Source: an uncultured SAR86 cluster bacterium (GTDB lineage: Bacteria > Pseudomonadota > Gammaproteobacteria > Magnimaribacterales > D2472). Taken from it: a DNA stretch of 64,000 nt. Of the stretch, positions 55,461 through 64,000 are shown in pieces. The stretch covers positions 7,441-71,440 of the forward strand of contig CABXPU010000002.1 of NCBI GenBank assembly GCA_902514105.1. Reading direction: 5' to 3'. Position 1 is the stretch's first letter, and every line of letters starts with the position of its first letter. A program made the translations under genes and the position numbers. A model generated the notes under the pieces. The model was not told the origin of the DNA, did no database searches, and saw only the letters and a program-made list of their open reading frames with translations.

Positions 55461-56289
55461 ATACTTTTTCTTTGTATAGGGATTGGCATTTCTTTAAAAG
55501 TGTGTCATGGGGATTAAGCTCTATATCTAAATCTATTATTCTTTTAACTGCAGCAATTCCCTTTGTGGAGCTGGTAAACCAGATCGATGATGCTTCTTTT
55601 AAGTCATCTATATGAAACTCTCCTTCTTCAAAAGGTAGATTATTCTCTTTAATAATTTCTATAATAATTGCTCTTGTAATTCCCGGGAGTATATTTGATG
55701 AAAGTTGGGGGGTAAAAATCTTTTCTTCTTTAACAAAAAAAATATTGCTAGCTCCGCCTTCTGTAAGAAGTCCGTCTCTATGCATTATTATTTCATCGCA
55801 CCCTTCTTCAGAAACACTATTCATTTGTATAACATTTCCCAATAAAGATGTAGTTTTAATATCACACCTACTCCACCTTATATCTGCACAAATTGACACC
55901 GTTAGATCTTGTTTTTTAAAATCTAGATCTAAAGGCATTAAATAGCCAAAAGTTTCAGGGCTAATATTTGGGTCATAGATATGGGACCGAGTTATGTCAA
56001 TTCCTCTTGAAACTTGATAATAAATATATCCATTTTGGATATCAGATTCTTCTAATAAATGAAATATTTCCTTTTTTACTCTCTCAATATCAATTTTTAT
56101 TTTTACCTGCGAAGAGCTATATATAAGTCTTTCAAGGTGCTCTTTGGCATATATAAATTTTTTATTCTGAAAAGGAATGACTTCATAAATACTATCTGCA
56201 AATAGATAAGCTCTGCTCAAAGGAGAGACTTTAATATTATTCAGAGAGTTAAAAGTGCCTTGGTAAACAGCCTTTATATCTTTAGTCAC
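55453..56289 (-). CDS. dat: Class IV (fold type IV) aminotransferase, D-amino-acid aminotransferase-like
   Basis: A GTG start lies inside the last codons of dacA. The motifs ADSIYEVIP, EHLERL and DIRWSRCDIKTTSLLGNV match Bacillus Dat (EDIRWLRCDIKSLNLLGNV), including the catalytic Lys. Confidence 0.72.
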   Translation of the reverse strand: MTKDIKAVYQGTFNSLNNIKVSPLSRAYLFADSIYEVIPFQNKKFIYAKEHLERLIYSSSQVKIKIDIERVKKEIFHLLEESDIQNGYIYYQVSRGIDITRSHIYDPNISPETFGYLMPLDLDFKKQDLTVSICADIRWSRCDIKTTSLLGNVIQMNSVSEEGCDEIIMHRDGLLTEGGASNIFFVKEEKIFTPQLSSNILPGITRAIIIEIIKENNLPFEEGEFHIDDLKEASSIWFTSSTKGIAAVKRIIDLDIELNPHDTLLKKCQSLYKEKVSS

Positions 56290-57433
56290 CTGCTATTCCG
56301 AAAAGACTAAGAATCCATAGCCATAAACTAGAGAATAATCTTCCAAAGAAACCTCTTGCTTCAACATCATTTAGGGCAACAAGTTGCGAACTAGAAACTA
56401 TTTCGTCTTGACTAACAATATCTATAGAGCCAACAACTTGGCCCTTTGTTATAGGAGCTTTTAAATTATTCTTGTAGTTATAGTTTACTGTTAAATCTTT
56501 AAAGACCACTCTTGGTAATGTAACAAAAATATCTTCATTAGATCCTATTTCCACAGAATCTGATTTACCACCCCATACAGTTACTTCTTTTAAAGGTATG
56601 TCTTTAGACAATTGCTTTTGTGTTGCAAAAAACCTAAAGCCATATTCAAGCAATCTTTGGGAGCTATCGAACCTAGCATTATCTGATGGGCTACCAGCTA
56701 CAACACTAATCAATCTCATTTCACCTCTTTGTGCAGAACCTATTAAGCAAAAACCAGCTGATTCAGTATGTCCAGTTTTCACTCCATCAGACGAGTCATC
56801 TTTCCATAAAAGTCTATTTCTATTTAATTGCTTAATATTGTTATATGTATATTGTTTTTCTTTATAAATGGAGTACTGGTCGGGGAATCTTTTAATAAAA
56901 TTAGCTGTTAGGGCTGCTAGATCTTCTGTGCTTGTAAAATGGTTGGGATCTGGCAGACCGGTTGAATTTTGAAATAAAGTATTTTTTAATCCCAAAGATC
57001 CTGCATATGCATTCATAAGATCTACAAAACCATCTTCAGTGCCGCCAGCATGCTCAGCCAGGGCTACAGAAGCATCATTTCCAGATTGAATAATAATCCC
57101 CTTTAATAAATCTTGAACTGAGACCCTTTTCCCAGCTTCAATAAACATTCTTGAACCTTCCATCTTCCAAGCCTTCTTGCTAATTAATACAGTATCTTCC
57201 GGATCAATTAAATCATTTGCTATTTGGTCTGCTAAAACATAGCTTGTCATTACTTTTGTCATGCTTGCGGGTTCAATTTGAGCATCTGAATTAAACTCAG
57301 CAATAACTGTATTAGTATTTGGTTCAATTAAAATATAACTTTTTAAATCTAATTCAGGGGGATTTGGTACAAATGACTGACCCTGAACAAACATTACTTG
57401 AGAAAGGATTAATAGTGAAAGAAATTTTTTCAT
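56282..57433 (-). CDS. dacA: D-alanyl-D-alanine carboxypeptidase (PBP5/6 class)
   Basis: It has a signal peptide, the SxxK (ASMTK), SGN and KTG(H)T motifs, and a C-terminal amphipathic anchor. Confidence 0.9.
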   Translation of the reverse strand: MKKFLSLLILSQVMFVQGQSFVPNPPELDLKSYILIEPNTNTVIAEFNSDAQIEPASMTKVMTSYVLADQIANDLIDPEDTVLISKKAWKMEGSRMFIEAGKRVSVQDLLKGIIIQSGNDASVALAEHAGGTEDGFVDLMNAYAGSLGLKNTLFQNSTGLPDPNHFTSTEDLAALTANFIKRFPDQYSIYKEKQYTYNNIKQLNRNRLLWKDDSSDGVKTGHTESAGFCLIGSAQRGEMRLISVVAGSPSDNARFDSSQRLLEYGFRFFATQKQLSKDIPLKEVTVWGGKSDSVEIGSNEDIFVTLPRVVFKDLTVNYNYKNNLKAPITKGQVVGSIDIVSQDEIVSSSQLVALNDVEARGFFGRLFSSLWLWILSLFGIAGD

Positions 57434-58464
57434 GATTTTAACTCTAATGATAAATAATAAACTGCCATAGCATAAAAGTGACTAATATTATATTTGGTTA
57501 TTGCTATAAAATTGTCATCACCAATAAAATAAAGATCTTTTTTCTTATTTAATTTAATTTTTTCTCCAACTTTAATTAAATTTACATCATTTATAGCATT
57601 TAATGACATTATTTCATCCAATGTTAATTTATTTAATATAGCAATCTCCAGCAAAGAATCTCCTTCTTGAACTGTATATATCTCATCACTCCCCTCAGTA
57701 AACTTTAATGGTATATATTTTCTTGATTCATTATCAGTTCTATAGGGCTTGCGGACATTGTTAAAAGCTATATCTTTTACAATATATCCATCTCTTTTCC
57801 AGCCATGAATTTTTAGATAATTTGCTACACTCCCCACTGCATCTGGTATTGAATTAAATAGATCCGCGGAGCCGTCGTTATCATAATCAATAGCATATGC
57901 TCTATAACTTGAAGATATAAATTGACCGTAACCCATGGCTCCTGCATAAGAGCCTTGAATGGAAGAGATATCTAAATTATTTTCTTGTGTAAGACGGAAA
58001 AATTCTACTAATTCATTTTTAAAAAACTTAGACCTTCTTGGAAAATCAAATCCTAGGGTGGTTAGGCTGTCTATGACCCGATACGATCCTTTAACTTTGC
58101 CGTATCTGGTTTCTACTCCAATTATAGAAGCAATAATCTCCCTTGGGACACCAAAGTCTTCCTCAACTCGATTGAATAATTCATTATTCTCTTTAATAAA
58201 TTTCTTACCATTTGCAATTCTTTTATCTTCTATAAAAAGCTTTTTATATCTATCCCACGTCCAAGTAAACTCAGCTGGAGAAGATATAGCCTCAAGAATC
58301 TTCTCTTGTTTTTTAGCAGAATCAAGGATGCTAGTCACATAGCTTCTTTCAAAACCATAGTCATTTACTAAAGATTCTATAACATCCTGAGCTTCAGGAT
58401 GTTTTGAGTAATCTGCAAAGCCAACTTGAGCAAAAAGAATAAATAAAGATAAAAAATACTTCAT
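57430..58464 (-). CDS. mltB: Lytic murein transglycosylase B family protein with an internal LysM domain
   Basis: The SLT_2-type catalytic region is present (ASIIGVETRYG, YAGAMGYGQF, EF-hand-like DYDNDGSAD, terminal NFIAITKYNISHFYAMAV). A LysM-like segment YTVQEGDSLLEIAILNKLTLDEIMSLNAINDVNLIKVGEKIKL lies inside it. Confidence 0.82.
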   Translation of the reverse strand: MKYFLSLFILFAQVGFADYSKHPEAQDVIESLVNDYGFERSYVTSILDSAKKQEKILEAISSPAEFTWTWDRYKKLFIEDKRIANGKKFIKENNELFNRVEEDFGVPREIIASIIGVETRYGKVKGSYRVIDSLTTLGFDFPRRSKFFKNELVEFFRLTQENNLDISSIQGSYAGAMGYGQFISSSYRAYAIDYDNDGSADLFNSIPDAVGSVANYLKIHGWKRDGYIVKDIAFNNVRKPYRTDNESRKYIPLKFTEGSDEIYTVQEGDSLLEIAILNKLTLDEIMSLNAINDVNLIKVGEKIKLNKKKDLYFIGDDNFIAITKYNISHFYAMAVYYLSLELKS

Positions 58465-59558
58465 TGTCGAATTAATTTCTTATGAGATGCCATAGAAATA
58501 ATAATACCAAAAGCTATATAGAATGATAGTAAAGATGTACCCCCGCTACTAATAAAAGGCAATGGCATACCCACTACAGGAAGAATGCCTACAACCATTC
58601 CTAAATTAACAAAGATCGTAGTCACAAAAATTAAGCTCAACCCTCCTATTGTTAATCTACAAAATCTATCTCTTGCATTTAAAGATAAATAAAAACATCT
58701 AAAAAGAATAAAAGTATAAATTGATAATAGGGCCAGCGCTCCAAGAAAACCAAACTCTTCAGCTATTACTGCGAAAATAAAATCAGACGTAGTCTCAGGC
58801 AAAAAATCAAGATGAGACTGCGAACCTGATCCATATCCTTTACCAGATATTCCACCTGAACCAATTGCAATCTTAGATTGAGTGATGTTCCATGCTGTTC
58901 CATATGGATCTGCTTCTGGATTAAATAATGTGGCTATTCTTTGCCTTTGGAAAGGTTCAAGCAAATTATTCCATAAGAATGGCGTTGAAAGTAAGAAAAC
59001 TGCAAATGAAGAACCAATGAACCTCCAACTTAAACCAGCAAGAAACAAAACATAAAATCCAGCCAATAAAACAACAATGCTGGTTCCTAAATCAGGCTGG
59101 AATACAATCAAAAAGAAAGATATAGATATTATTAGAATTGAAAAAAATGTATCTTTTAAATTAATCGGCAGGGGTTTGTCATAGAGATAAGAAGCGAGAA
59201 ATATAGGCAGTGCTATCTTTATAAGCTCTGATGGTTGAAGTGTGAAGAAACCAAAATCAAGCCAACGCTTAGCTCCATTAACCTCTGTTCCCAATAAGAT
59301 TGTAAGCAACATTAGAAATACTGAGAAAATAAGAAATAATCCGGATAAATTTTTATAGAATGCTGGATCTGGCTGACTAACTATTATCATTAAGATAATT
59401 CCAAAAAATACAAAAATAGATTGTTTAATAATAATTGCTGAACTTTCTTGAGAAGCGCTATAGAGAATTATTAAGCCTATTAAAGATAAGAAAATGATTG
59501 ATATTAATAAATAAGGGTCATAAAAAAAATTAAAACGCTTAAACTTCAATAATCTCAT
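58461..59558 (-). CDS. mrdB: Peptidoglycan glycosyltransferase RodA (SEDS family)
   Basis: 365-aa polytopic membrane protein of the FtsW/RodA family, immediately downstream of mrdA. Confidence 0.93.
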   Translation of the reverse strand: MRLLKFKRFNFFYDPYLLISIIFLSLIGLIILYSASQESSAIIIKQSIFVFFGIILMIIVSQPDPAFYKNLSGLFLIFSVFLMLLTILLGTEVNGAKRWLDFGFFTLQPSELIKIALPIFLASYLYDKPLPINLKDTFFSILIISISFFLIVFQPDLGTSIVVLLAGFYVLFLAGLSWRFIGSSFAVFLLSTPFLWNNLLEPFQRQRIATLFNPEADPYGTAWNITQSKIAIGSGGISGKGYGSGSQSHLDFLPETTSDFIFAVIAEEFGFLGALALLSIYTFILFRCFYLSLNARDRFCRLTIGGLSLIFVTTIFVNLGMVVGILPVVGMPLPFISSGGTSLLSFYIAFGIIISMASHKKLIRQ

Positions 59559-61393
59559 TATTCTATTAATTCCTTTAACACTTCTATAGCGACAGGCCCT
59601 GCAACAGCTCCACCACTCTCTCCATTCTCAATAACTACGCTAACTGCATATTTTGGTGAGGGCATTGGGCCAAAGGCTATCATTATCGCATGATCCCTTT
59701 GCTCTTCATTCTCTCTAATTAATAGGTAATCTTCTTTGCTATCAAGACTAACCAGTTCAGCTGTTCCAGATTTTGCAGCAACCTTAAAAGACTTTAGATC
59801 TTGTAATCTTCTAGAAGTGCCAGCAGGAGAGTCAATAACATCGGTCATTGCTCTGTGAAGCTTATTCCAATCTAATTCTTTAAAATTATCTAAAGCAATT
59901 AAATGTGAAAGACTTTGTTCTTGATTTTGAATTAAAGATAATTTATTAATAAAGCCTTTATTGGCAATCATTCCACTGTAATATGCTAATTGGATAGGTG
60001 TTGCAACCATATATCCCTGCCCCACACCTAAATTTACAGTATCTCCAAGAGACCAACCTGAATTTAATTTATTTCTTTTCCATTCTGGAGTTGGAATTAA
60101 GCCAGGATCTTCATCAAAACAATCTATACAAACTTTACTTCCAAAGCCTAATTGAGAGAAGTGGTCGCCCAATTTATTGATATCCGATCTATAAGCTAAA
60201 GAGAAAAAATATGTATTTGAGCTAACAACAATGGCTTTGTTTAGATTCACTTTGCCATGTCCTCCCTTTTTCCATCCTCTATATATCCTGCCATCTTCTG
60301 GTAGGGTAAAAAAACCTGGATCCTCAATTGAAAAATTCCAATCAATAAGCTTATTTTCTAGGCCAAAGATACCAATAGCTGGTTTAATAGTTGATGCAGG
60401 AGGATATCTACCTTTTAAAGCTCTGTTAAAAAATGGTTTTTGAGGGCTATTAATTAATGTATTAAATTTATCTCTTGAAATGCCATTAGATAAATCATTT
60501 ATTGAAAATGAAGGAGAGCTAAATAAGGTAACTATTTCTCCAGTTTCTATTTCGATAGCAACTACTGCTCCCATTCTTCCATCAAGGGCTTTATTTGCTG
60601 CAATATGAGAACCAAGATCTAATGAAGTAAAGATACTCATCCCCTCCTCAGGATTTTTGATACTTATTTCTTTTAATAGTTTTCCTCTGGCATCAACCTC
60701 ATAAACTTTTTCACCAAATTTTCCTCTAAGCTCATTATCAAAAGTTTTCTCAATGCCTGTTTTGCCTGATATAAATCCATTACCGTAACTAAATATTGTC
60801 TCTTGTCTTGGGTGCAATGCTTCTGAAAGAATTTGAGATAGCTCTACCTCTGAAGGTGCTCCTATATAACCAAGTGCATGAGATAGGATAGAAGGATAAT
60901 CTGTATATCGACTATATCTTTTCTCAACAAATAAACTAGGATAATTATGCTTACGAACTTCAAAGCTAGCAATTTGTTGTTCGTTAAGGTTCCTTTTTAT
61001 AACAAGCTCTCGATTATATCTTGCTTTGCTTTTAAATTTTTCGTAAAAAATAGCTTCTTCTTCTAAAGTAATATCAATAAAATTTCTAATATCATCTATG
61101 AAAGAATTAGGGTCATTGACCTTATTGGGTATGGAAATTAGATTAAAGGTTGGTACATTTTTAACTAACACTTCTCCATTTCTATCATATATAAGGCCTC
61201 TAATAGGCTGAATATTCATTTCATGAGTCTTATTCTCTAATGCAGCTATTTCATATTCAGAATAATTGGAAATCTGGAGTTGAAAAATCTGGTACAGAAT
61301 CAATAAAAGAAATGTTCCAAAAAGAAAATATATTAAAAAGAGCCTATATATAAAACTTCTTCTTTCTATAAATCTTTCTTGGAGATCGATCAT
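59558..61393 (-). CDS. mrdA: Penicillin-binding protein 2 (elongasome transpeptidase)
   Basis: 611-aa ORF with an N-terminal TM anchor and the motifs STIK, SSN and KSGT. It sits in the rlmH-mrdA-mrdB order. Confidence 0.93.
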   Translation of the reverse strand: MIDLQERFIERRSFIYRLFLIYFLFGTFLLLILYQIFQLQISNYSEYEIAALENKTHEMNIQPIRGLIYDRNGEVLVKNVPTFNLISIPNKVNDPNSFIDDIRNFIDITLEEEAIFYEKFKSKARYNRELVIKRNLNEQQIASFEVRKHNYPSLFVEKRYSRYTDYPSILSHALGYIGAPSEVELSQILSEALHPRQETIFSYGNGFISGKTGIEKTFDNELRGKFGEKVYEVDARGKLLKEISIKNPEEGMSIFTSLDLGSHIAANKALDGRMGAVVAIEIETGEIVTLFSSPSFSINDLSNGISRDKFNTLINSPQKPFFNRALKGRYPPASTIKPAIGIFGLENKLIDWNFSIEDPGFFTLPEDGRIYRGWKKGGHGKVNLNKAIVVSSNTYFFSLAYRSDINKLGDHFSQLGFGSKVCIDCFDEDPGLIPTPEWKRNKLNSGWSLGDTVNLGVGQGYMVATPIQLAYYSGMIANKGFINKLSLIQNQEQSLSHLIALDNFKELDWNKLHRAMTDVIDSPAGTSRRLQDLKSFKVAAKSGTAELVSLDSKEDYLLIRENEEQRDHAIMIAFGPMPSPKYAVSVVIENGESGGAVAGPVAIEVLKELIE

Positions 61394-61854
61394 TTATGAT
61401 AAGGCATATTATTTATTATTGAAAAAGAGCGGTATATTTGTTCAATTAACATCATTTTAAAAAGTCTATGTGGGAATGTTAAATCTGATACTGATAATAT
61501 AAAGTTAGCTTTCTTAACTATTTCCTCTGATAGACCATATGAACCACCTATAATGAATGCAATATCTTCATTGATGTTTAAACTCTTCTGAATCATTCTG
61601 CTTAAATTAATAGATGAAAGTTTCTTGCCTGAAATGTCGCAAACTATTATTTTATTTGCAGGATCTAATTTATCTAAAATAAGTTCCTTTTCTAATTTTA
61701 ACACTTCATCCTTTTTCATCTTTGGATGTTGTTTGCCTTTGATATCTATAAAATTAATCAAACAATTCTTGGGTAATTGTTTGACGTAATATTTTATACC
61801 CTCTGATTCCCAGTTTGTCGGTTTGTGACCAATGCTAATGATATTGCATTTCAT
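61390..61854 (-). CDS. rlmH: 23S rRNA (pseudouridine1915-N3)-methyltransferase
   Basis: 154-aa SPOUT-family protein between rsfS and mrdA, as in E. coli. Confidence 0.9.
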   Translation of the reverse strand: MKCNIISIGHKPTNWESEGIKYYVKQLPKNCLINFIDIKGKQHPKMKKDEVLKLEKELILDKLDPANKIIVCDISGKKLSSINLSRMIQKSLNINEDIAFIIGGSYGLSEEIVKKANFILSVSDLTFPHRLFKMMLIEQIYRSFSIINNMPYHK

Positions 61855-62198
61855 TAGTTAGATTTCTGTGTAAGAGTCTTTTCTCCCCAAAGGCCTTCTA
61901 GATCGTAGAATTCTCTTGTATCTTTTTTCATTATATTAATAACCACATTGCCGCAATCTATTAAAATCCATCCAGACTCGCTGTGACCCTCTGTTCCAAG
62001 CAGAGTCTCTTTATTCCTTTTGATGCTTTCTATAACCTTCTCGGAAATAGATTTTGCATGCCTATTAGAGTTAGCGGAAGCGATTATTATTGAGTCAGCA
62101 AACGTTGAAATATTATTAACATCAAGTGCTAATACATCTTCAGCTTTATTTTCTTCTAATGCTAAAAGGCATATTTTTTTTAAATCTAATTTAGGCAA
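61854..62198 (-). CDS. rsfS: Ribosomal silencing factor RsfS
   Basis: 114-aa ORF with RsfS/iojap-like sequence (WILIDCGNVVINIM..REFYDLEGLW), upstream of rlmH. Confidence 0.9.
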   Translation of the reverse strand: MPKLDLKKICLLALEENKAEDVLALDVNNISTFADSIIIASANSNRHAKSISEKVIESIKRNKETLLGTEGHSESGWILIDCGNVVINIMKKDTREFYDLEGLWGEKTLTQKSN

Positions 62199-62292
62199 AA
62201 TTTCTTATATTGTTAATGAAAATTTATAATTAAGTTACAAAATAAAGTCATGAGATATACTAAAACATTATATGTTAAAAAGATAAATTAAA

Positions 62293-62721
62293 ATGGAATT
62301 AAGCCTAGCAAGTCTCATTGAATGGTTCAAAGAGCACCCTGAAATATTAGCATGGTTGGGAGGTTCGTCGGTATTCATATTTTGTTTTAGTATTTTAGGA
62401 GTTAGTTATTTGGTATCGATAATACCTGAAGATTATTTTCTTCCTTCAAAACGAACTCCGACGCTTTGGAAATCAAAAGTCCCAATTCTAAGGCTAGCAG
62501 TATTGGTGATTAAAAATATTATTGGTATTTTATTAATAATGGGCGGGATTATGATGCTTGTTCTGCCTGGTCAAGGTTTATTAACAATTGTAACTGGATT
62601 CTTATTTCTTGATTATCCTGGTAAATTTATTATAGAGAGAAGAATAGTTTCATATCCGGCTATTCTTGCTGCCTTAAACTGGATCCGCAAAAGAAATAAT
62701 AAACCTTCTTTAAAAGTCTAA
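62293..62721 (+). CDS. Small integral membrane protein of unknown function
   Basis: 142-aa ORF with about three hydrophobic segments and an LPGQG turn reminiscent of PGPGW-type membrane proteins. I recognise no confident family. Confidence 0.5.
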   Translation: MELSLASLIEWFKEHPEILAWLGGSSVFIFCFSILGVSYLVSIIPEDYFLPSKRTPTLWKSKVPILRLAVLVIKNIIGILLIMGGIMMLVLPGQGLLTIVTGFLFLDYPGKFIIERRIVSYPAILAALNWIRKRNNKPSLKV

Positions 62722-62726
62722 TAAGC

Positions 62727-63326
62727 CTATTTTTCTGATAATTTTGTTATTAATCTAGATAAGATATTCATTCTTTGAGATGCATCAAAAGCCTCTAAAA
62801 TGCTTTGTTTCTCTTGTGAAGTTAATGGGATTAAGCTGCTTAAATGATAAGCAACAGAATCAGCTGAAGTTAGATCTATTTCTATGGGTAATTTTTTTAT
62901 CCTTGGATGATCTCTTAATTGAATAAGAATATTTATTAATTCTGGATGCTTAGCAATAAGTGCCTGATCATCAACAACTGGGTCTACCAAAGGTTTTATA
63001 TCTGCAATATGCAGCCCATTTTTCTGTTGAACTATGTTTTTTATAGACACTCTATTAACTGCTTTAACGGTTATGCTTAAAAGGCCATTTGGGTTATTGT
63101 TGAAATCTATTATTTCAACATATGCGCCTCTTTTAACAATCCCAAAATCAATATCATCATTTGATTTGCTTTGCAGGGTAATTACAAATCCGGATGAGCC
63201 TATCATGCAATTTTTGACCATATCTATATATCTTGGCTCAAATATCTGAAGCGATTGGATGGTGCCAGGAAGAACTACAATTCCAAGAGGAAAAACAGGA
63301 ATTTTATTTTCCTTTAATATGCTCAA
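62727..63326 (-). CDS. LON N-terminal (substrate-binding) domain protein
   Basis: 199-aa ORF. The N-terminus IPVFPLGIVVLPGTIQSLQIFEPRYIDMV is the hallmark start of the Lon N-terminal domain. No ATPase or protease domain is present. Confidence 0.8.
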   Translation of the reverse strand: MSILKENKIPVFPLGIVVLPGTIQSLQIFEPRYIDMVKNCMIGSSGFVITLQSKSNDDIDFGIVKRGAYVEIIDFNNNPNGLLSITVKAVNRVSIKNIVQQKNGLHIADIKPLVDPVVDDQALIAKHPELINILIQLRDHPRIKKLPIEIDLTSADSVAYHLSSLIPLTSQEKQSILEAFDASQRMNILSRLITKLSEK

Positions 63327-64000
63327 TTATAGGCTCCCATAGTCTTTTACTATTTTTATTAGTCATGATCAGAAGGATATCGTAATGATCAATCTTATCC
63401 TTTATTAAATCCAAGCATTGGATCTCTGAATCAGAAGAATTATTGCATTTATCTTTTAGGACTTCTTTTTTATCAAGCCATATTGATTCATCAAGATCAG
63501 CTGCCGCTTTAATAACCTCATCTCCATGAACACCTTTTATCATAGTGTTAGAACCCAATTCAATGAACCCCATTATGGATCTATTTTTAAATTTATCTTT
63601 AACGGCTTCTATTGTGTATTTAATTGCAGTTGGATGATGAGCGAAATCATCAATGATAATGGTTGAAGAATCTTTGTATTTAATCTCCAATCTTCTTTTA
63701 ACCCCTTCAAAATTCTTAAGCGCACTAATTGAATCTTTTATCTCAATACCGTTTATGTGTGTTGCAGCAATAGCTGCTGTTATATTTTTAATATTATGAG
63801 AGCCAAACATAACAAATCCTTCCAAAGAATAACTATCTCCAGATGCAATGATCTGGCTGTTAGATAAATCTATTTGATATGTTTCATCTGTACCAATTGG
63901 AACTAATGATGACCAACTTCCTCTCTCTAATAGATCTTCAGTATTTTTATCATCCTTAAAATAAACAATATTGCCATTCCCAGGAATAATTTTTACTAAA
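63304..64000 (-). CDS. mpl: UDP-N-acetylmuramate:L-alanyl-gamma-D-glutamyl-meso-diaminopimelate ligase (C-terminal part; N-terminus beyond the window end)
   Basis: The frame stays open to the window edge (..LVKIIPGNGNIVYFKDD..). The motifs FGSHNIKNITAAIAA, FEGVKRRLE and DDFAHHPTAI are typical of Mpl and MurC-family ligases. Confidence 0.82.
   Translation of the reverse strand, partial: LVKIIPGNGNIVYFKDDKNTEDLLERGSWSSLVPIGTDETYQIDLSNSQIIASGDSYSLEGFVMFGSHNIKNITAAIAATHINGIEIKDSISALKNFEGVKRRLEIKYKDSSTIIIDDFAHHPTAIKYTIEAVKDKFKNRSIMGFIELGSNTMIKGVHGDEVIKAAADLDESIWLDKKEVLKDKCNNSSDSEIQCLDLIKDKIDHYDILLIMTNKNSKRLWEPIIEHIKGK

Noticed and set aside
62199-62292. 13-codon ORF (MRYTKTLYVKKIN) and AT-rich sequence in the rsfS / membrane-protein divergent spacer.
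   Set aside because: It is too short, has no SD or recognisable features, and the region is most simply a divergent promoter spacer.

Overview
This is an AT-rich, very gene-dense chromosomal segment from a streamlined marine gammaproteobacterium. The 16S gene contains what I recall as the SAR86-1249 FISH probe target, so a SAR86-clade origin is likely but unverified. Most of the window is core housekeeping. On the minus strand: rpsL (partial), rpoC, rpoB, rplL, rplJ, rplA, rplK, nusG, secE, tRNA-Trp, tuf, tRNA-Thr and tRNA-Tyr. On the plus strand: birA, msrA, tRNA-Thr, then a divergent HPP membrane protein (minus strand) and TonB-dependent receptor pair, then rnr, rlmB, lpxC and secA. Back on the minus strand: yacG, coaE, one complete rRNA operon (16S-23S-5S, with no tRNA in the spacer), ilvC, ilvH, ilvI and rluD. 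Next come bamD, an RND permease and adaptor with a divergent TetR regulator, then rsmD, hemC and hemD. A long co-directional minus-strand array follows: esterase, dual ABC ATPase, ilvD, hemB, trxA, rho. After it come a stand-alone DsbD N-terminal domain, aroQ, accB, accC, leuS, lptE and holA. The window ends with a minus-strand cell-wall and ribosome cluster (rsfS, rlmH, mrdA, rodA, mltB, dacA, dat), a small membrane protein, a LON-domain protein and a partial mpl. Nearly all intergenic gaps are under 100 nt, and many neighbouring genes overlap by 1 to 26 nt. I found no mobile elements, CRISPR arrays, integrases, toxin-antitoxin pairs or recognisable defence genes, and no convincing novel multi-gene system. 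The items most worth a second look are: a stand-alone nDsbD, an RNase R lacking its cold-shock domains, an orphan dual ABC ATPase coupled to an esterase, birA with a probable AUU start, a tRNA-less ITS, twin TetR operators over back-to-back promoters, and a LysM domain nested inside MltB. All family calls come from motif recognition by eye; no searches were run.
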